Assembly (NCBI GenBank): GCA_963845565.1
Contig: CAWJSJ010000002.1
Location: 1,472,001 to 1,536,000 of the forward strand
Length of the DNA: 64,000 nucleotides
Origin: an uncultured Methylomirabilota bacterium
GTDB taxonomy: Bacteria > Methylomirabilota > Methylomirabilia > Methylomirabilales > 2-02-FULL-66-22
Direction of reading: 5' to 3'
In this document: piece by piece, positions 61,020-64,000 of the stretch
How the letters are laid out: the number at the start of each line of letters is the position of its first letter
Position numbering within the stretch: position 1 is the stretch's first letter
Translations under genes and position numbers: made by a program
Notes under the pieces: generated by a model
Told to the model about the DNA's origin: nothing
Seen by the model: only the letters and a program-made list of their open reading frames with translations
Database searches by the model: none

Positions 61020-61453
61020 ACCGCACGGATCTTTTCCGAGAACCAGCGCGATCGGGCCTATATCGGTTGCCCGACACGGCGGCGTGGATGCCCCAGGTCT
61101 CCGCGAATGGTTTTGCCGTCTGGCGAGTAAATCTGGTCAAGGTCCGGAGCAAGGCGAGTCTGCTCGCCGCGCTCGCGGAGGCGCTCGATCTGCCCGACTG
61201 GTTCGGCCACAACTGGGATGCCCTCCAGGATTGTCTCACGGATCTCTCGTGGCGGCCGGCGCCGGGGTACGTCGTGGTGCTGGAGAATTGCGGGGGCCTT
61301 GCCGCGAGCGCGCCGGAGACGTTCGCGACGACCCTGGAGGTGCTCCGCCACACCGCCCGCTGGTGGGCGGGCGAGCAGGTCCCCTTCTGGGTGTTCGTCG
61401 GCGGTCTCGCCGATGGACCATATAACCTGCCGCGACTGGACTGGGCAGAATAG
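61016..61453 (+). CDS. Barstar family ribonuclease inhibitor
   Basis: LPDWFGHNWDALQDCLTDL; ATGA overlap with the RNase gene. Confidence 0.9.
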   Translation: MNRTDLFREPARSGLYRLPDTAAWMPQVSANGFAVWRVNLVKVRSKASLLAALAEALDLPDWFGHNWDALQDCLTDLSWRPAPGYVVVLENCGGLAASAPETFATTLEVLRHTARWWAGEQVPFWVFVGGLADGPYNLPRLDWAE

Positions 61454-61599
61454 TCCCCGCCTGGTGTTTTCCCGCGTTCTCGCAAATCGCTCTGGACCAC
61501 GGCTGCCTGGCGCGGGGTAGGATCGCGTCGCTGATGGTTCTGTCGTTACCATCCACTCGAACTGGCCCACGTCAAAACCCGCCCTGTGCCCCATCCTTA

Positions 61600-61770
61600 C
61601 AGAATGTAAAAAACACGCTTTCACTCAGGCTGCTCAAAAAGGTCCAGATGCAAGGCGGCGCGCCGGGTACCCATCCGGAGGATGGGTGCAGGTGCGAGAC
61701 GTACTTACGCGTACGTCGCAGCGCCGCGCGAGCGTGTCAACGCGGCAGATGGGCCTTTTTCAGCAGCCTG
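61600..61770 (+). repeat. Dispersed palindromic element, copy E (extension plus nested hairpin)
   Basis: CAGAATGTAAAAAACACGCTTTCACTCAGGCTGCTCAAAAAGGTCCAGATGCAAGGCGG...GACGTACTTACGCGTACGTC...GCAGATGGGCCTTTTTCAGCAGCCTG|CTAA. Confidence 0.9.
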
Positions 61771-64000
61771 CTAAGGGTTCGGTGGGCGTACGGCGGAGAG
61801 ATGGTCCCGTTGCGTCGAAGGCGACAGGCCATGCCGTTGCCGCAGCCAGTGGCGAGCGGAGTCCATGTAGATGTAGGCGACCGGGGTGATGTACAGCGTG
61901 AGGAGCTGAGAGACCAGCAGTCCGCCGACCACGGCGAGGCCCAAGGGGCGGCGGGATTCGGCACCCTGCCCGGCACCCAGGGCGATCGGCAGGGTGCCCA
62001 TCAACGCGGCCATGGTGGTCATCATGATGGGGCGAAACCGGAGGAGGCATCCCTCGAATATGGCCTCGGCCGCCGTCTTTCCTCTCGCCTCCGCCTGCAG
62101 GGCGAAGTCGATCATCATGATGGCGTTCTTCTTCACGATGCCCACCAGCATGATGATCCCGACAAAGGCGTAGATGTTCAGGTCGTGGCGGAAGATCAGC
62201 AACGTGAGGAGGGCGCCGACGCCCGCCGCGGGAAGACCCGACAGAATGGTCAAGGGATGGATGAAGCTCTCATAGAGAATTCCCAGGACGATGTAGATGA
62301 CCAGGACCGCCAAGAGGAGCAGGAGTCCCATGCCCTTCAGCGACGACTGGAAGGCCTGAGCGCTTCCCTGGAAGGTGGCGCTGATCGTGGCCGGCAAGGT
62401 GGTCCGTCCGATGCGCTCGACCTGGGTCACCGCCTCGCCCAGCGAGGCGCCTGGCTTGATGTCGAAGGAGATCGTCACCGACGGGAGCTGGCCGAGATGG
62501 TTGACGGTGAGCGGCCCGATTCCCGGCCTCAAGCTGGCCACGGCGTTCAACGGAACCAATTGGCCCTTACTGGAACGAACGTAGAGCAAGGAGAGGGCGT
62601 CCGGGTCCTCCTGGTAGTCGGGATGCAGCTCCAGGATGACCTGATACTGGTTCGTCGGACGTGTAGATCGTCGAAACCTGCCGGCTTCCATAGGCGTTGT
62701 ACAGGGCGTTCTCAACCTGGTTTGCGGTGATTCCGAGGGCAGAGGCCTTGTCCCGGTCGATCTCTACGCTGACCTTCGGGCTGGTGATCTGAAGGTCGCT
62801 GGTGACCTCCTGCAAGACGGGGAGCGCGGCGATCTTCGCCTGGACCTCCCGCGATACCCGGTAGAGCTCTCCGATGTCCGCTCCCTGCAAGGTGTATTGA
62901 TACAGGCTCTTGGTCAGGTGCCCCCCCACCCGAATGAGGGGCGGGTTTGTCAGGAACACGCGCATGCCGGGCACGGTTGCCAGCTTTGGGCGCAACTCCT
63001 GGATAATCTCGTCGGCGGAGAGCTTCCGTTCCGATCGCGGTTTCAGCATGATTCCCATCCGGCCCGTATTCTGCGTGTCGCTGGCCCCGCCGGCGCCGAC
63101 GCTGGACATGAAGGATTCGATATTCGGATCCTGGCGGACGATAGCCGCCACCTCCTGCTGGTGTCGCACCATGCTGTCAAAGGAGATGTCCTGGCTCGCC
63201 TCCGTGAAGGCGATGATTTGCCCGGTGTCCTCGCTCGGGATGAATCCCTTGGGGATCACGTAGAAAAGGACGCCCGTGGCCACGAGGGTGAAGCCCGCGA
63301 CCGCCATGACCGCAGGGCGGTGCGCCAGGCAGCGCTCCAGCGTCCAGCGATAGGTGGACAACATGCCCTGGAAGAACCGCTCGGTCAGCGCGTAGATGCG
63401 GCCGTGGTGCGCCTCGGCCGGCGGCTTCAGGAACCGGCTGCAGAGCATGGGGGTGAGGGTCAGCGACACAAACCCGGAGACGAGGATGGCGGTGCTGACC
63501 GTGACGGCAAACTCGCGGAACAAACGGCCGAGGATTCCGCCCATGAAGAGGACCGGGATGAACACCGCGGCCAGGGACAGGGTCATGGACACAATGGTGA
63601 AGCCGACTTCTCGCGAACCGATGAGGGCCGCCTCGAACGCCGTTTCCCCATCCTCCATGTGCCGCACGATGTTCTCGAGCATCACGATGGCGTCGTCCAC
63701 CACAAAGCCCACCGAGAGCGTGAGGGCCATCAGGGAGAGGTTGTCCAGGCTGTAGCCCATCAGATACATCACCGCGAAGGTCCCTACGACGGACATGGGC
63801 AGGGCCAGGGCTGGGATGACGGTGGCGGAGAGAGTTCGCAGGAAGAGGAAGATCACCATCACGACCAGGGACATGGTGAGGAGCAAGGTGAACTTCACCT
63901 CGCCGATCGAGGCCCGGATGGTTTCAGATCGGTCGTACAAGGTGTTCAAGGACACCGAAGCCGGCAGTTGGGCGCGGAAGGTGGGCAGGAGCGCCCGGAT
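61771..64000 (-). CDS. RND efflux permease (MdtB/MdtC-like), 5' part outside window; indel ~62660
   Basis: GFVVDDAIVMLENI, SLTLTPMLCS, GIVKKNAIMMIDFA, RFRPIMMTT. Confidence 0.92.

Overview
High-GC bacterial chromosomal window of mostly housekeeping and catabolic genes. Gene style tentatively suggests Methylomirabilota/NC10 or a similar lineage; this is not verified. Contents in order: glcDEF-like oxidase; an ECF sigma-ogt/Ada-alkA-M48 alkylation-repair cluster; sugar-acid catabolism (RraA-like, MtaA/UroD-like, eda, kdgK, SDR, iolB); AAA+ ATPase/VWA-tldD-pmbA followed by a B12 radical SAM; modABC; rpsU-RRM-HIT-accD-folC; msrB; two TIM-barrel isomerases; glmU-yvcK-AKR-glmS-split transketolase; a 571-aa unknown; a peptide ABC transporter with an amidohydrolase; nitroreductase; SPFH/NfeD; transaldolase; a form IV RuBisCO-like protein; lipase-like/barnase/barstar; and a partial RND pump. 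No rRNA, tRNA, CRISPR array or intact transposase was recognised. About 15 single-base indels break otherwise intact genes, including folC, and are most likely sequencing errors. The most unusual signals are non-coding: (i) a 125-180 bp dispersed palindromic element (5 clear copies, 1 degenerate) with compensatory base changes, a strand-biased fold and a preference for stop codons; (ii) a smaller hairpin nested in it at variable positions; (iii) 7/8/9-nt-period tandem-repeat palindromes at junctions inside operons. The most interesting coding feature is an ECF sigma factor translationally coupled to an Ogt protein carrying a C-terminal Ada Zn sensor domain.
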